NCBI GenBank assembly: GCA_002269645.1
Contig: NIVC01002863.1
Coordinates: forward strand, 1-64,000
Length of the DNA stretch: 64,000 nt
Direction of reading: 5' to 3'
DNA from: Macrostomum lignano
Lineage: Eukaryota
Shown here: positions 53,420 through 64,000 of the stretch, piece by piece
Layout: the number at the start of each line of letters is the position of its first letter
How positions within the stretch are numbered: position 1 is the first letter of the stretch
Position numbers and translations under genes: made by a program
Notes under the pieces: generated by a model
Database searches by the model: none
What the model was told of the DNA's origin: nothing
Seen by the model: the letters and a program-made list of their open reading frames with translations, nothing else

Positions 53420-54621
53420 GCCTGCCTGTCTGTCTGCCTGTCTGCTTGCCTGTCTGTCTGTCTGTCTGTCTGCCTGCCTGTCTGTCTGTCTGTCTGTCTG
53501 CCTGCCTGCCTGTCTGTCTGTCTGTGTCTCTGCTATTCAAGTTCCGCCGCACTCAGCTGTCCCTAAACCCAAACGGGCTCCCCCAGTGCTATCGGGACAA
53601 CCAGGCGGTCTGGCAGAACCTGCGCGAGTTCTGGGACCCGGACACGGTGCAGCTGATGGAGTGGATCAGCTCGGCCACCCCGCCGGACGCCGCCTTCACG
53701 GGCAGCATGCAGCTGCTGGCCGGGGTGAAGTGCTGCACGGGCAGGCGGATCACCAACCACCCGCACTACGAGGACCGCGCGCTGCGGGAGAAAACCAGAC
53801 AGGTGAGCGAACCCAGGACCTCCCCACAGCTGTACCAATCACCCACCACCCCACAGCTGTACCAATCACCCACCACCCCACAGCTGTACCAATCACCCGC
53901 CACCCCACAGCTGTACCAATCACCCGCCACCCCACAGCTGTACCAATCACCCACCACCCCACAGCTGTACCAATCACCCACCACCCCACAGCTGTACCAA
54001 TCACCCACCACCCCACAGCTGTACCAATCACCCGCCACCCCACAAGTGTACCAATCACCCACCACCCCACAAGTGTACCAATCACCCGCCACCCCACAGC
54101 TGTACCAATCACCCGCCACCCCACAGCTGTACCAATCACCCACCACCCCACAGCTGTACCAATCACCCGCCACCCCACAGCTGTACCAATCACCCGCCAC
54201 CCCACAGCTGTACCAATCACCCGCCACCCCACAGCTGTACCAATCACCCGCCACCCCACAGCTGTACCAATCACCCGCCACTCCACAGCTGTACCAAATC
54301 TACGGTCGGAAGCCGCCCCACGAGGTGCACCGGATTCTGCGCTCGCACGGCTCGGACTTCATCATCCTGGAGGACTCGATCTGCCTGCGGCCCGGTAACG
54401 GCTGCGGCACCACGGAGCTGGTGGACAACCTGAACGGCGAGCTGACGGATCTGCAGGCGCGCCAGCCGCAGGCGCCGCCGGGTCTCAGGCGCAGTTCGGC
54501 GCCCCGATTTTGCCATGAAATTCGGCGCTCGCACGGAGCGTCATCCGAGGAGAACCCGTACGCCAGGCTGTTTCAGCTTGTGCTGGAGAACCGGACCTTC
54601 CGGGTGTACCGGCTGCTCTGA
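48508..54621 (+). CDS. DPY19L3: C-mannosyltransferase DPY19L (DPY19L3-like), ~788 aa
   Basis: Exons 48508..48981, 49060..49205, 49910..50039, 50134..50268, 50438..50686, 51063..51136, 51174..51538, 52546..52760, 53557..53802 and 54289..54621 (2367 nt, in phase). Segments FSNIKEVEREISLRTEQGLYYSYY, RMNIYQEV, WQFNQF, LRMKYFW, EFWDPDT, ITNHPHYED and ILEDSIC. Confidence 0.9.
49310..49743. repeat. C-rich alternating 24/25-bp minisatellite
   Basis: Lies in DPY19L intron 2. CCCCAACCACTTCTGAACCTGCCT alternates with CCCCCACCCACCCTGATCCTGCCT. Confidence 0.93.
50710..51030. repeat. 49-bp tandem repeat, ~6 copies
   Basis: Lies in DPY19L intron 5. CCACAGCCGATATG recurs at 50791, 50840 and onward. Confidence 0.93.
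51545..52440. repeat. (GGGAT)n tract followed by a 45-bp G-rich minisatellite
   Basis: Lies in DPY19L intron 7. Confidence 0.93.
52770..53525. repeat. (CTGT/CTGC)n compound microsatellite
   Basis: Lies in DPY19L intron 8. Confidence 0.97.
53821..54297. repeat. 27-bp minisatellite spanning the DPY19L intron 9 / exon 10 junction
   Basis: Unit CCCCACAG|CTGTACCAA-TCACCC(A/G)CCA, 18 copies, period exactly 27 from 53829 to 54288. Confidence 0.95.
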
Positions 54622-55195
54622 GGAGTCGGGGACTCAAGCTGCCGTTCTCAACTTTTTAGGTTCGTTTATCACTATTAAAAATTGTTGATTATTAAAAATT
54701 ATCCTTTCATAATCCGACTATGCTACTTCATTCTGTTTGTTTTTCTATAAGTAGCAACCAACGAATATGTTATTGTTTCTCTACACGTTCTGTTTATTTA
54801 TTTTCTAGTCAATAATTTTTGTTGTCAGCTTCTGATCTCAGTGTGTTTTTGTCAATCAGCAGCCTTATGGTCTCAAAACTGCAGCCAGTGCCACCATTTT
54901 CATTTAGGCCAAAATTTCCTTGCTTTTTACTCAATCAGTAGTGCTCCAAGGATTTTCTTATTAAATTTGGTTCCAAGCGGGGGAATTGGGCTTATTGGTT
55001 GAAATTTGCACTTTATCAAACCATAACGCTTGACTTTGCTTCAGACAAAGTTTGCTCTGTTCTTTCACTGGGTATGTCAAATATATACTGGCACCTCGGG
55101 ATCGGTTTTGCATGCTAGTTCGAGTATTTTCACCTGTGGTGAGCACTTCTTTACTTGAATATTAGTTTTCTGTTCCTTTGCTTCACGCTGTGCTG

Positions 55196-58100
55196 ACTAC
55201 AGCATCTGTGTCCTGACTGGTGCTGTCATGAGGGGAGACTACAGCATCTGTGTCCTGACTGGTGCTGTCATGAGGGGAGACTACAGCATCTGTGTCCTGA
55301 CTGGTGCTGTCATGAGGGGAGACTACAGCATCTGTGTCCTGACTGGTGCTGTCATGAGGGGAGACTACAGCATCTGTGTCCTGACTGGTGCTGTCATGAG
55401 GGGAGACTACAGCATCTGTGTCCTGACTGGTGCTGTCATGAGGGGAGACTACAGCATCTGTGTCCTGACTGGTGCTGTCATGAGGGGAGACTACAGCATC
55501 TGTGTCCTGACTGGTGCTGTCATGAGGGGAGACTACAGCATCTGTGTCCTGACTGGTGCTGTCATGAGGGGAGACTACAGCATCTGTGTCCTGACTGGTG
55601 CTGTCATGAGGGGAGACTACAGCATCTGTGTCCTGACTGGTGCTGTCATGAGGGGAGACTACAGCATCTGTGTCCTGACTGGTGCTGTCATGAGGGGAGA
55701 CTACAGCATCTGTGTCCTGACTGGTGCTGTCATGAGGGGAGACTACAGCATCTGTGTCCTGACTGGTGCTGTCATGAGGGGAGACTACAGCATCTGTGTC
55801 ATGACTGGTGCTGTCATGAGGGGAGACTACAGCATCTGTGTCCTGACTGGTGCTGTCATGAGGGGAGACTACAGCATCTGTGTCCTGACTGGTGCTGTCA
55901 TGAGGGGAGACTACAGCATCTGTGTCCTGACTGGTGCTGTCATGAGGGGAGACTACAGCATCTGTGTCCTGACTGGTGCTGTCATGAGGGGAGACTACAG
56001 CATCTGTGTCCTGACTGGTGCTGTCATGAGGGGAGACTACAGCATCTGTGTCCTGACTGGTGCTGTCATGAGGGGAGACTACAGCATCTGTGTCATGACT
56101 GGTGCTGTCATGAGGGGAGACTACAGCATCTGTGTCCTGACTGGTGCTGTCATGAGGGGAGACTACAGCATCTGTGTCCTGACTGGTGCTGTCATGAGGG
56201 GAGACTACAGCATCTGTGTCCTGACTGGTGCTGTCATGAGGGGAGACTACAGCATCTGTGTCCTGACTGGTGCTGTCATGAGGGGAGACTACAGCATCTG
56301 TGTCAGACTGGTGCTGTCATGAGGGGAGACTACAGCATCTGTGTCCTGACTGGTGCTGTCATGAGGGGAGACTACAGCATCTGTGTCCTGACTGGTGCTG
56401 TCATGAGGGGAGACTACAGCATCTGTGTCATGACTGGTGCTGTCATGAGGGGAGACTACAGCATCTGTGTCCTGACTGGTGCTGTCATGAGGGGAGACTA
56501 CAGCATCTGTGTCCTGACTGGTGCTGTCATGAGGGGAGACTACAGCATCTGTGTCCTGACTGGTGCTGTCATGAGGGGAGACTACAGCATCTGTGTCCTG
56601 ACTGGTGCTGTCATGAGGGGAGACTACAGCATCTGTGTCAGACTGGTGCTGTCATGAGGGGAGACTACAGCATCTGTGTCCTGACTGGTGCTGTCATGAG
56701 GGGAGACTACAGCATCTGTGTCATGACTGGTGCTGTCATAAGGGGAGACTACAGCATCTGTGTCATGACTGGTGCTGTCATAAGGGGAGACTACAGCATC
56801 TGTGTCCTGACTGGTGCTGTCATGAGGGGAGACTACAGCATCTGTGTCCTGACTGGTGCTGTCATGAGGGGAGACTACAGCATCTGTGTCATGACTGGTG
56901 CTGTCATGAGGGGAGACTACAGCATCTGTATTATGACTGGTGCTGTCATGAGGGGAGACTACAGCATCTGTATTATGACTGGTGCTGTCATAAGGGGAGA
57001 CTACAGCATCTGTGTCATGACTGGTGCTGTCATGAGGGGAGACTACAGCATCTGTGTCATGACTGGTGCTGTCATAAGGGGAGACTACAGCATCTGTGTC
57101 ATGACTGGTGCTGTCATAAGGGGAGACTACAGCATCTGTGTCATGACTGGTGCTGTCATAAGGGGAGACTACAGCATCTGTGTCATGACTGGTGCTGTCA
57201 TGAGGGGAGACTACAGCATCTGTGTCATGACTGGTGCTGTCATAAGGGGAGACTACAGCATCTGTGTCATGACTGGTGCTGTCATGAGGGGAGACTACAG
57301 CATCTGTGTCATGACTGGTGCTGTCATAAGGGGAGACTACAGCATCTGTGTCATGACTGGTGCTGTCATGAGGGGAGACTACAGCATCTGTGTCCTGTCT
57401 GGTGCTGTCATAGGGGAGACTACAGCATCTGTGTCATGACTGGTGCTGTCATGAGGGGAGACTACAGCATCTGTGTCCTGTCTGGTGCTGTCATGAGGGG
57501 AGACTACAGCATCTGTGTCCTGTCTGGTGCTGTCATAAGGGGAGACTACAGCATCTGTGTCATGACTGGTGCTGTCATGAGGGGAGACTACAGCATCTGT
57601 GTCCTGTCTGGTGCTGTCATAAGGGGAGACTACAGCATCTGTGTCCTGACTGGTGCTGTCATGAGGGGAGACTACAGCATCTGTGTCCTGACTGGTGCTG
57701 TCATGAGGGGAGACTACAGCATCTGTGTCCTGACTGGTGCTTTCATGAGGGGAGACTACAGCATCTGTGTCCTGACTGGTGCTGTCATGAGGGGAGACTA
57801 CAGCATCTGTGTCATGACTGGTGCTGTCATGAGGGGAGACTACAGCATCTGTGTCATGACTGGTGCTGTCATAAGGGGAGACTACAGCATCTGTGTCCTG
57901 ACTGGTGCTGTCATGAGGGGAGACTACAGCATCTGTGTCATGACTGGTGCTGTCATAAGGGGAGACTACAGCATCTGTGTCCTGACTGGTGCTGTCATAA
58001 GGGGAGACTACAGCATCTGTGTCCTGTCTGGTGCTGTCATGAGGGGAGACTACAGCATCTGTGTCCTGACTGGTGCTGTCATGAGGGGAGACTACAGCAT

Positions 58101-60657
58101 CTGTGTCATGACTGGTGCTGTCATGAGGGGAGACTACAGCATCTGTGTCATGACTGGTGCTGTCATGAGGGGAGACTACAGCATCTGTGTCATGACTGGT
58201 GCTGTCATGAGGGGAGACTACAGCATCTGTGTCCTGACTGGTGCTGTCATGAGGGGAGACTACAGCATCTGTGTCCTGACTGGTGCTGTCATGAGGGGAG
58301 ACTACAGCATCTGTGTCCTGACTGGTGCTGTCATGAGGGGAGACTACAGCATCTGTGTCCTGACTGGTGCTGTCATGAGGGGAGACTACAGCATCTGTGT
58401 CCTGACTGGTGCTGTCATGAGGGGAGACTACAGCATCTGTGTCATGACTGGTGCTGTCATAAGGGGAGACTACAGCATCTGTGTCATGACTGGTGCTGTC
58501 ATAAGGGGAGACTACAGCATCTGTGTCCTGACTGGTGCTGTCATGAGGGGAGACTACAGCATCTGTGTCCTGACTGGTGCTGTCATGAGGGGAGACTACA
58601 GCATCTGTGTCATGACTGGTGCTGTCATGAGGGGAGACTACAGCATCTGTATTATGACTGGTGCTGTCATGAGGGGAGACTACAGCATCTGTATTATGAC
58701 TGGTGCTGTCATAAGGGGAGACTACAGCATCTGTGTCATGACTGGTGCTGTCATGAGGGGAGACTACAGCATCTGTGTCATGACTGGTGCTGTCATAAGG
58801 GGAGACTACAGCATCTGTGTCATGACTGGTGCTGTCATAAGGGGAGACTACAGCATCTGTGTCATGACTGGTGCTGTCATAAGGGGAGACTACAGCATCT
58901 GTGTCATGACTGGTGCTGTCATGAGGGGAGACTACAGCATCTGTGTCATGACTGGTGCTGTCATAAGGGGAGACTACAGCATCTGTGTCATGACTGGTGC
59001 TGTCATGAGGGGAGACTACAGCATCTGTGTCATGACTGGTGCTGTCATAAGGGGAGACTACAGCATCTGTGTCATGACTGGTGCTGTCATGAGGGGAGAC
59101 TACAGCATCTGTGTCCTGTCTGGTGCTGTCATAAGGGGAGACTACAGCATCTGTGTCATGACTGGTGCTGTCATGAGGGGAGACTACAGCATCTGTGTCC
59201 TGTCTGGTGCTGTCATGAGGGGAGACTACAGCATCTGTGTCCTGTCTGGTGCTGTCATAAGGGGAGACTACAGCATCTGTGTCATGACTGGTGCTGTCAT
59301 GAGGGGAGACTACAGCATCTGTGTCCTGTCTGGTGCTGTCATAAGGGGAGACTACAGCATCTGTGTCCTGACTGGTGCTGTCATGAGGGGAGACTACAGC
59401 ATCTGTGTCCTGACTGGTGCTGTCATGAGGGGAGACTACAGCATCTGTGTCCTGACTGGTGCTTTCATGAGGGGAGACTACAGCATCTGTGTCCTGACTG
59501 GTGCTGTCATGAGGGGAGACTACAGCATCTGTGTCATGACTGGTGCTGTCATGAGGGGAGACTACAGCATCTGTGTCATGACTGGTGCTGTCATAAGGGG
59601 AGACTACAGCATCTGTGTCCTGACTGGTGCTGTCATGAGGGGAGACTACAGCATCTGTGTCATGACTGGTGCTGTCATAAGGGGAGACTACAGCATCTGT
59701 GTCCTGACTGGTGCTGTCATAAGGGGAGACTACAGCATCTGTGTCCTGTCTGGTGCTGTCATGAGGGGAGACTACAGCATCTGTGTCCTGACTGGTGCTG
59801 TCATGAGGGGAGACTACAGCATCTGTGTCCTGACTGGTGCTTTCATGAGGGGAGACTACAGCATCTGTGTCATGACTGGTGCTGTCATGAGGGGAGACTA
59901 CAGCATCTGTGTCATGACTGGTGCTGTCATGAGGGGAGACTACAGCATCTGTGTCATGACTGGTGCTGTCATGAGGGGAGACTACAGCATCTGTGTCCTG
60001 ACTGGTGCTGTCATGAGGGGAGACTACAGCATCTGTGTCATGACTGGTGCTGTCATAAGGGGAGACTACAGCATCTGTGTCATGACTGGTGCTGTCATGA
60101 GGGGAGACTACAGCATCTGTGTCCTGACTGGTGCTGTCATGAGGGGAGACTACAGCATCTGTGTCCTGACTGGTGCTGTCATGAGGGGAGACTACAGCAT
60201 CTGTGTCATGACTGGTGCTGTCATGAGGGGAGACTACAGCATCTGTGTCATGACTGGTGCTGTCATGAGGGGAGACTACAGCATCTGTGTCATGACTGGT
60301 GCTGTCATGAGGGGAGACTACAGCATCTGTGTCCTGACTGGTGCTGTCATGAGGGGAGACTACAGCATCTGTGTCCTGACTGGTGCTGTCATGAGGGGAG
60401 ACTACAGCATCTGTGTCCTGACTGGTGCTGTCATGAGGGGAGACTACAGCATCTGTGTCCTGACTGGTGCTGTCATGAGGGGAGACTACAGCATCTGTGT
60501 CCTGACTGGTGCTGTCATAGGGGAGACTACAGCATCTGTGTCCTGACTGGTGCTGTCATAAGGGGAGACTACAGCATCTGTGTCCTGACTGGTGCTGTCA
60601 TGAGGGGAGACTACAGCATCTGTGTCCTGACTGGTGCTGTCATGAGGGGAGACTACC
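55196..60657. repeat. 42-bp minisatellite, ~130 copies (5.5 kb)
   Basis: GACTACAGCATCTGTGTCCTGACTGGTGCTGTCATGAGGGGA, with variant units and block duplications. Confidence 0.98.
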
Positions 60658-61276
60658 CTAAGCCTTCGATCATGGATAAATCATGCATGATATCATGCGT
60701 GTTACATAAATGATTCATGCGTGTTACATGCATGATGTCACATGCATGGGTATCCATGTGCTATCCGTGTGTTTCAAAAATCATGCATGCTTTATACATG
60801 TAGTCTGCATGGTCATGCATGATTCATCAATGTGCTTGTAGGCACATAAGCATGGATTATTCATGCATGTTTTTGTCCCATTACTTTCAATTATGAATCA
60901 TGGATGTTTTTGTCTATAATTGCTGATTCAAATCGTATTTTAATTATATTAATAAATCAACAAAGCCATTCATTCTCATTGAAAACAATTGGGCAAATAA
61001 AATGCAATAAGTCTCTGCCATATCATTTAACAATCTCACATAGGCCATAAACAATGCGTGGCATTAAAGCTAAACAATGAATTTTATATTGTACCATGAC
61101 CTTTGTGCCCGCTGGGCACTTATTCTTGCCTTTTAATGCCATAGACTACATTTAAGCCCGCTTGCAGGAGTCACACTTACTTTAATGCAAATTAGCGGGC
61201 AGTTAATGACATTTAACGCCCTATTGTCTATTTCAAACTTGTTCCACTTTGTCAAGGACACAAATGTCTATGGCAC

Positions 61277-61392
61277 AATAATAGTAATACCCATGTTTTG
61301 CGGGCGTTAATGAGAAATCCTCGGGCGCCTAACGGCGCCCTCTGATTTTCCCATTAACGCCCTTAAAGCATGGGTATTAATGTACTATTATT
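61277..61392. mobile_element. 116-bp imperfect palindrome, possibly a non-autonomous hairpin-type (Crypton-like) element
   Basis: Nested arms AATAATAGTA/TACTATTATT, AATACCCATG/CATGGGTATT, GGGCGTTAATG/CATTAACGCCC and GGGCGCC-TAAC-GGCGCCC. The palindrome is seen directly; the family assignment is inferred. Confidence 0.45.
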
Positions 61393-61923
61393 AAATGCCA
61401 ATAAAGGCAACTTAAAGCGTATTCAAGCAAAATGAACAATTATTTATATAGAAGACGGTAAATTAAAAGACAGCAATCATATATAATAAGAGAATAAGAT
61501 CGCAAAAATCAAAGCTGTGCAGTGGAACAGTGGAGAATTAGTGCAATAAAATACAAGAAACTGGGTGTAAAATAAGAACTACTGCGCAATGCCTACCAGC
61601 CTGTTCAGAAGCGGACGGGACAGACATCAGCAAGTCAAAATGTACAGGTTTGAGGCTAATAATCTGCGTGTGTTAGCAGCACCTACCTTTCCCACTAGCC
61701 TTTAAAACTTACTTTTACCGACAGTATTAAGTATCAGAAATAAAAACTGGCAGTAAATATGTACAAACAAAAATACGAGTAGTTGTGCCAGGTACGAGGC
61801 AAGTTGGAGCGACTGCAATTGGCGACACATGCGATTAATAATTTCTGACAAAAGAAATGCAAATATGTAAAGGATAGCTGGTGCCAAGCAGCTCATGCAG
61901 CAAGAGTATGCTGAGTTCGCACA

Positions 61924-63182
61924 CTATTCTACTTGCGGTCCAGTAATTGGGAGCATTCGCGAGATCAGCGGCAGAAGCGGCTGATTTTCCAACTGCCCCG
62001 ACCGCCGCCCGGCGCTGTGGGGCTTCCAGGCTGCCATCGGCGTCAATGCTGCGCCCGCTTGCCGCTTCTGTGGCGAGGACGAGGCGATGGCCGTCCTTGC
62101 TGACCAGCTGTCCCGCCCTGACGTCCCACCGCTGCCGCCTCTAGGGGCCCATGCCCGGAGCCCACGGCGGTGGTCGCCAATTATTCTGCTGTGCTGGACT
62201 TCCTCAAAAAGGCGGGCGTCGTCTGAGCCCCAGTGACATGGCTGACTGCCCCAGAGCGCCCGAATCTGAAGAAGAGGATTGCAGATCTGGTCGTTGTAAT
62301 TTCTGAGCATATAGGACACAAACAAGAAAGAGGCAGGTAGAGCTAGATTATTACAATATTTTCTTACATGGCTATATTGGTATTACTGTACACGCCTGTT
62401 AAATTACTGAACATGTATTGAATAAAAATTAATGCATAGAAATCTTGGATAAAAAGTTTTATTTCTTACTCGAATATTGACTATTGAGCAGTGATGAGCA
62501 TATATTTTGAGTGACTAATAACCAAATAATACACAAAGCAATCAAGTTCATAGTTATAGTTCATATATTCATATCTAGCTCATACTATGATATAATAGGA
62601 AGTATCAATATTGACAAAAGGATTAATCCTATCATGTGCTATTTTAATACAAAAATTAATGAACAAGAGCTCCTTATGACTCAAGAGCCAAAATCCTTAT
62701 TTAGACTAAGAATACTCCTAAAGAGCTTCAAGAAGAAAACTAAGACTACCAATTTAAAGAGCCAAATAAAACTTATTTAGTCAATAAGCTTTTAAAAGGT
62801 TTGAGGATTTAGACATTTGAGGATATTAGGTATAGGCTAATGGAATCTAACTTAAGTATTACCCTTTTAGCAATCAGTTTTAATTCTGCTCGAACCAAAA
62901 AGAATAAGCTAGCTTGCTTAGGGTACAGCACACTCACAATGAATTTGGCAGTTGCCTCAGGAAAGTCAGCAGGCTCCGCAGTTTACTTTTTAAACGTGAC
63001 GCAATGGATTCCAGCTGAAACCAACTGCTTCCATGCCAGCCTTCAACCGGAGCCCAGAAATTCTGCCCTCTGGCCAGGCGCTGATAAGAAGGGCAGCAGT
63101 TTTTTAAAATGCCCGAGTCCCTACTCAGGAGTGCTGCGGCCTGCGGAACACTGAACTTTGGCTCAGTGCAACCAGCTCGCAT
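61924..63182 (-). CDS. Possible spliced gene of unknown function (3' exons only)
   Basis: ORF 62934..63182 ends at a TT|GTGAGT donor (62938). ORF 61924..62325 has a CAG|A acceptor (62302). The phase-2 join gives ...RQLPNSL-NYNDQICNPLL... No family recognised. Confidence 0.3.
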
Positions 63183-63489
63183 TGCACTCTGGACTGCTTG
63201 CGGCGGATGCCGTCACGTGTTCTCCGGCGCAGCGTGAAAGCGTTATCGGATCCAAAGGCCTTTTCTGACCCCCGGGTACAAAATGGGGCCGGGCGGCGGG
63301 TCGAACTTTCTCTGCTCTGCTCGCCCGGCTGTCTGACTGAAAAGTTTGCGGACTCGAACTCAACTGCCGACTAACTGAACCCGCCATCAGCCCAGCTGCA
63401 TCTCGAATCTTCCGTCTGAGTGAGTTCGCGTTTTAGCTGTATTCCATTTCAGTATTGGCCTTTGGCAGTGTGCTCAGGACCACTTCTGT

Positions 63490-64000
63490 TGGATTGCTAA
63501 TCTAGCCAACCGGAGTGAGAATAGAATGGATTGCTAATCTAGCCAACCGGAGTGAGAATAGAATGGATTGCTAATCTAGCCAACCGGAGTGAGAATAGAA
63601 TGGATTGCTAATCTAGCCAACCGGAGTGAGAATAGAATGGATTGCTAATCTAGCCAACTGGAGTAAGAATAGAATGGATTGCTAATCCAGCCAACTTGGA
63701 GTGAGAATAGAATGGTTTGCTAATCTAGCCAACCGGAGTAAGAATAGAATGGATTGCTAATCTAGCCAACCGGAGTAAGAATAGAATGGATTGCTAATCT
63801 AGCCAACTGGAGTAAGAATAGAATGGATTGCTAATCTAGCCAACTGGAGTAAGAATAGAATGGATTGCTAATCTAGCCAACCGGAGTAAGAATAGAATGG
63901 ATTGCTAATCTAGCCAACCGGAGTAAGAATAGAATGGATTGCTAATCTAGCCAACTGGAGTAAGAATAGAATGGATTGCTAATCTAGCCAACCGGAGTAA
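63490..64000. repeat. 37-bp minisatellite (GGATTGCTAATCTAGCCAACCGGAGTGAGAATAGAAT), runs off the window
   Basis: About 14 copies. Confidence 0.96.

Noticed and set aside
55228-60546. Very long ORFs (up to 1303 aa; MRGDYSICVLTGAV / DWCCHEGRLQHLCP repeats)
   Set aside because: They are the translation of a stop-free 42-bp minisatellite, with frame switches at 1-bp deletions, no unique domain and no splice context.
55196-60657. CRISPR-like array
   Set aside because: Units are head-to-tail with no unique spacers, there are no cas genes, and the context is eukaryotic. The same applies to all other arrays in the window.
60660-60900. CATG/ATGCAT-rich segment after the 42-bp array (similar tracts near 1980-2040 and 33950-33990)
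   Set aside because: It is low-complexity, with no definable unit, termini or coding signal.

Overview
Eukaryotic (animal) genomic window with GC-rich exons, AT-rich intergenic DNA and abundant tandem repeats. The style suggests a free-living flatworm such as Macrostomum, which is my inference and is not verified. Ten genes could be assembled by hand with GT-AG introns and consistent reading phases. Five lie on the minus strand in a metabolic/detox group: an MPPED-like metallophosphoesterase, a GST, a second metallophosphoesterase that has lost most metal ligands, a flavin amine oxidase and a CYP2-clan P450 (with a truncated P450 relic beside it). Then come a DM9-repeat lectin (+), IFT70/TTC30 (-), and CDK5RAP3, a merlin-like FERM gene and a DPY19L gene (all +). 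A low-confidence unknown spliced ORF lies near the right end. Mobile DNA includes a decayed, core-deleted piggyBac, a LINE 3' fragment, a hAT-type MITE and a 116-bp hairpin element. The most striking signal is that 21 of 29 introns each carry their own unrelated micro- or minisatellite, while repeat-free introns are mostly 37-94 nt. Several arrays are copies of the splice junction itself, giving 10-18 stacked, in-frame, stop-free acceptor sites in IFT70 and DPY19L. Most long ORFs in the supplied track are artefacts of these repeats.
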